Assembly: GCA_963664705.1 (NCBI GenBank)
Contig: OY761556.1
Coordinates: 3,072,001 to 3,136,000 of the forward strand
Direction of reading: 5' to 3'
From: Acidobacteriota bacterium
GTDB taxonomy: Bacteria > Acidobacteriota > UBA6911
Length of the DNA: 64,000 nucleotides
Position numbers and translations under genes: made by a program. This document shows, piece after piece, positions 63,395-64,000 of this stretch; the stretch's first letter is position 1, and each line of letters opens with the position of its first letter. Below the pieces are notes generated by a model that did no database searches, was not told where the DNA came from, and saw nothing but the letters and a program-made list of their open reading frames with translations.

Positions 63395-64000
63395 ATGCTG
63401 CTAGCACTTGCACGAAATCTAGAAAAGGCGCTTCTGAACCGGATCCGCGAACGCTATAACATACAATATGAATCCCTTACTTTCACGATTCCCCCCAAAA
63501 TCGAGCTTGGAGAACTGGCACTCCCGATTGCCTTTGATTTAGCCCGCAAGGTACGGAGGCCTCCCATCGAAATCGCGCGTGAACTCGCCTCGGATGCGGA
63601 AGGCATCCCGGGAATCGGGAAGGCGGACGTTGCAGGCGGCGGCTATCTGAATTTCCATTTTGATCGTGGGGCCTTCGCCCATGACCTGGCTGTAAGCGTT
63701 GCTAAAAAGCGGTTTGGAAGGGCTTCCGATCCGGATGACAGCGAAAAAATCGTCATCGAGCACACCAACATCAACCCCAACAAGGCCGCCCATATCGGGC
63801 ATCTGCGCAATGCAACCCTGGGAGACTCTTTTGTCCGCTGCATGCGTTTTCTTGGGCATCCGGTCGAGGTCCAGAATTATCTGGATAACACCGGGGTCCA
63901 GGTTGCCGACGTTGTTGTCGGATTCGAGCGGATGGAAAAAAAGACGCTTCAGGATCTGGCGTCCATGGAAGGAAAGTTCGACTACTACTGCTGGGACGTC
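63395..64000 (+). CDS. argS: Arginine--tRNA ligase, runs off the right edge
   Basis: Not in the ORF track. Manual translation gives GGGYLNF, IEHTNINPNKAAHIGHLRN (HIGH motif), YLDNTGVQ. Confidence 0.93.
   Translation, partial: MLLALARNLEKALLNRIRERYNIQYESLTFTIPPKIELGELALPIAFDLARKVRRPPIEIARELASDAEGIPGIGKADVAGGGYLNFHFDRGAFAHDLAVSVAKKRFGRASDPDDSEKIVIEHTNINPNKAAHIGHLRNATLGDSFVRCMRFLGHPVEVQNYLDNTGVQVADVVVGFERMEKKTLQDLASMEGKFDYYCWDV

Overview
Bacterial chromosome segment, Acidobacteriota-like judging from rpoA, EF-Tu and gene order (inferred, not searched). The left 23 kb is an accessory region lying downstream of tRNA-Pro(CGG). It carries a complete selenocysteine machinery (selB, selA, a three-domain selD, tRNA-Sec) followed by four genes that the ORF track splits or truncates at in-frame UGA codons. 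Each UGA is followed 11-15 nt later by a SECIS-like hairpin. The four are an ArsM-like methyltransferase, a LysR regulator, and two paralogous signal-peptide outer-membrane beta-barrels that both begin Q-G-C-G-U. A possible two-UGA leader peptide precedes selD. The region also holds a corrinoid protein, a PQQ-type propeller, a TlpA redoxin, a Tat-exported xanthine-dehydrogenase-family enzyme with non-canonical motifs, an intact IS256 with an 8-bp target duplication, and IS481 remnants at duplicated tRNA-Pro ends. The right 41 kb is core genome: surE, der, coaD, rsmD, recG, ribA, the str/S10/spc/alpha ribosomal cluster, patB, ssb, PBP1A, a polyprenyl synthetase, larC and partial argS. About 17 of its intergenic spacers contain sequence-diverse, 7-nt-periodic arrays, mostly in inverted pairs, and one pair brackets a four-helix-bundle gene.
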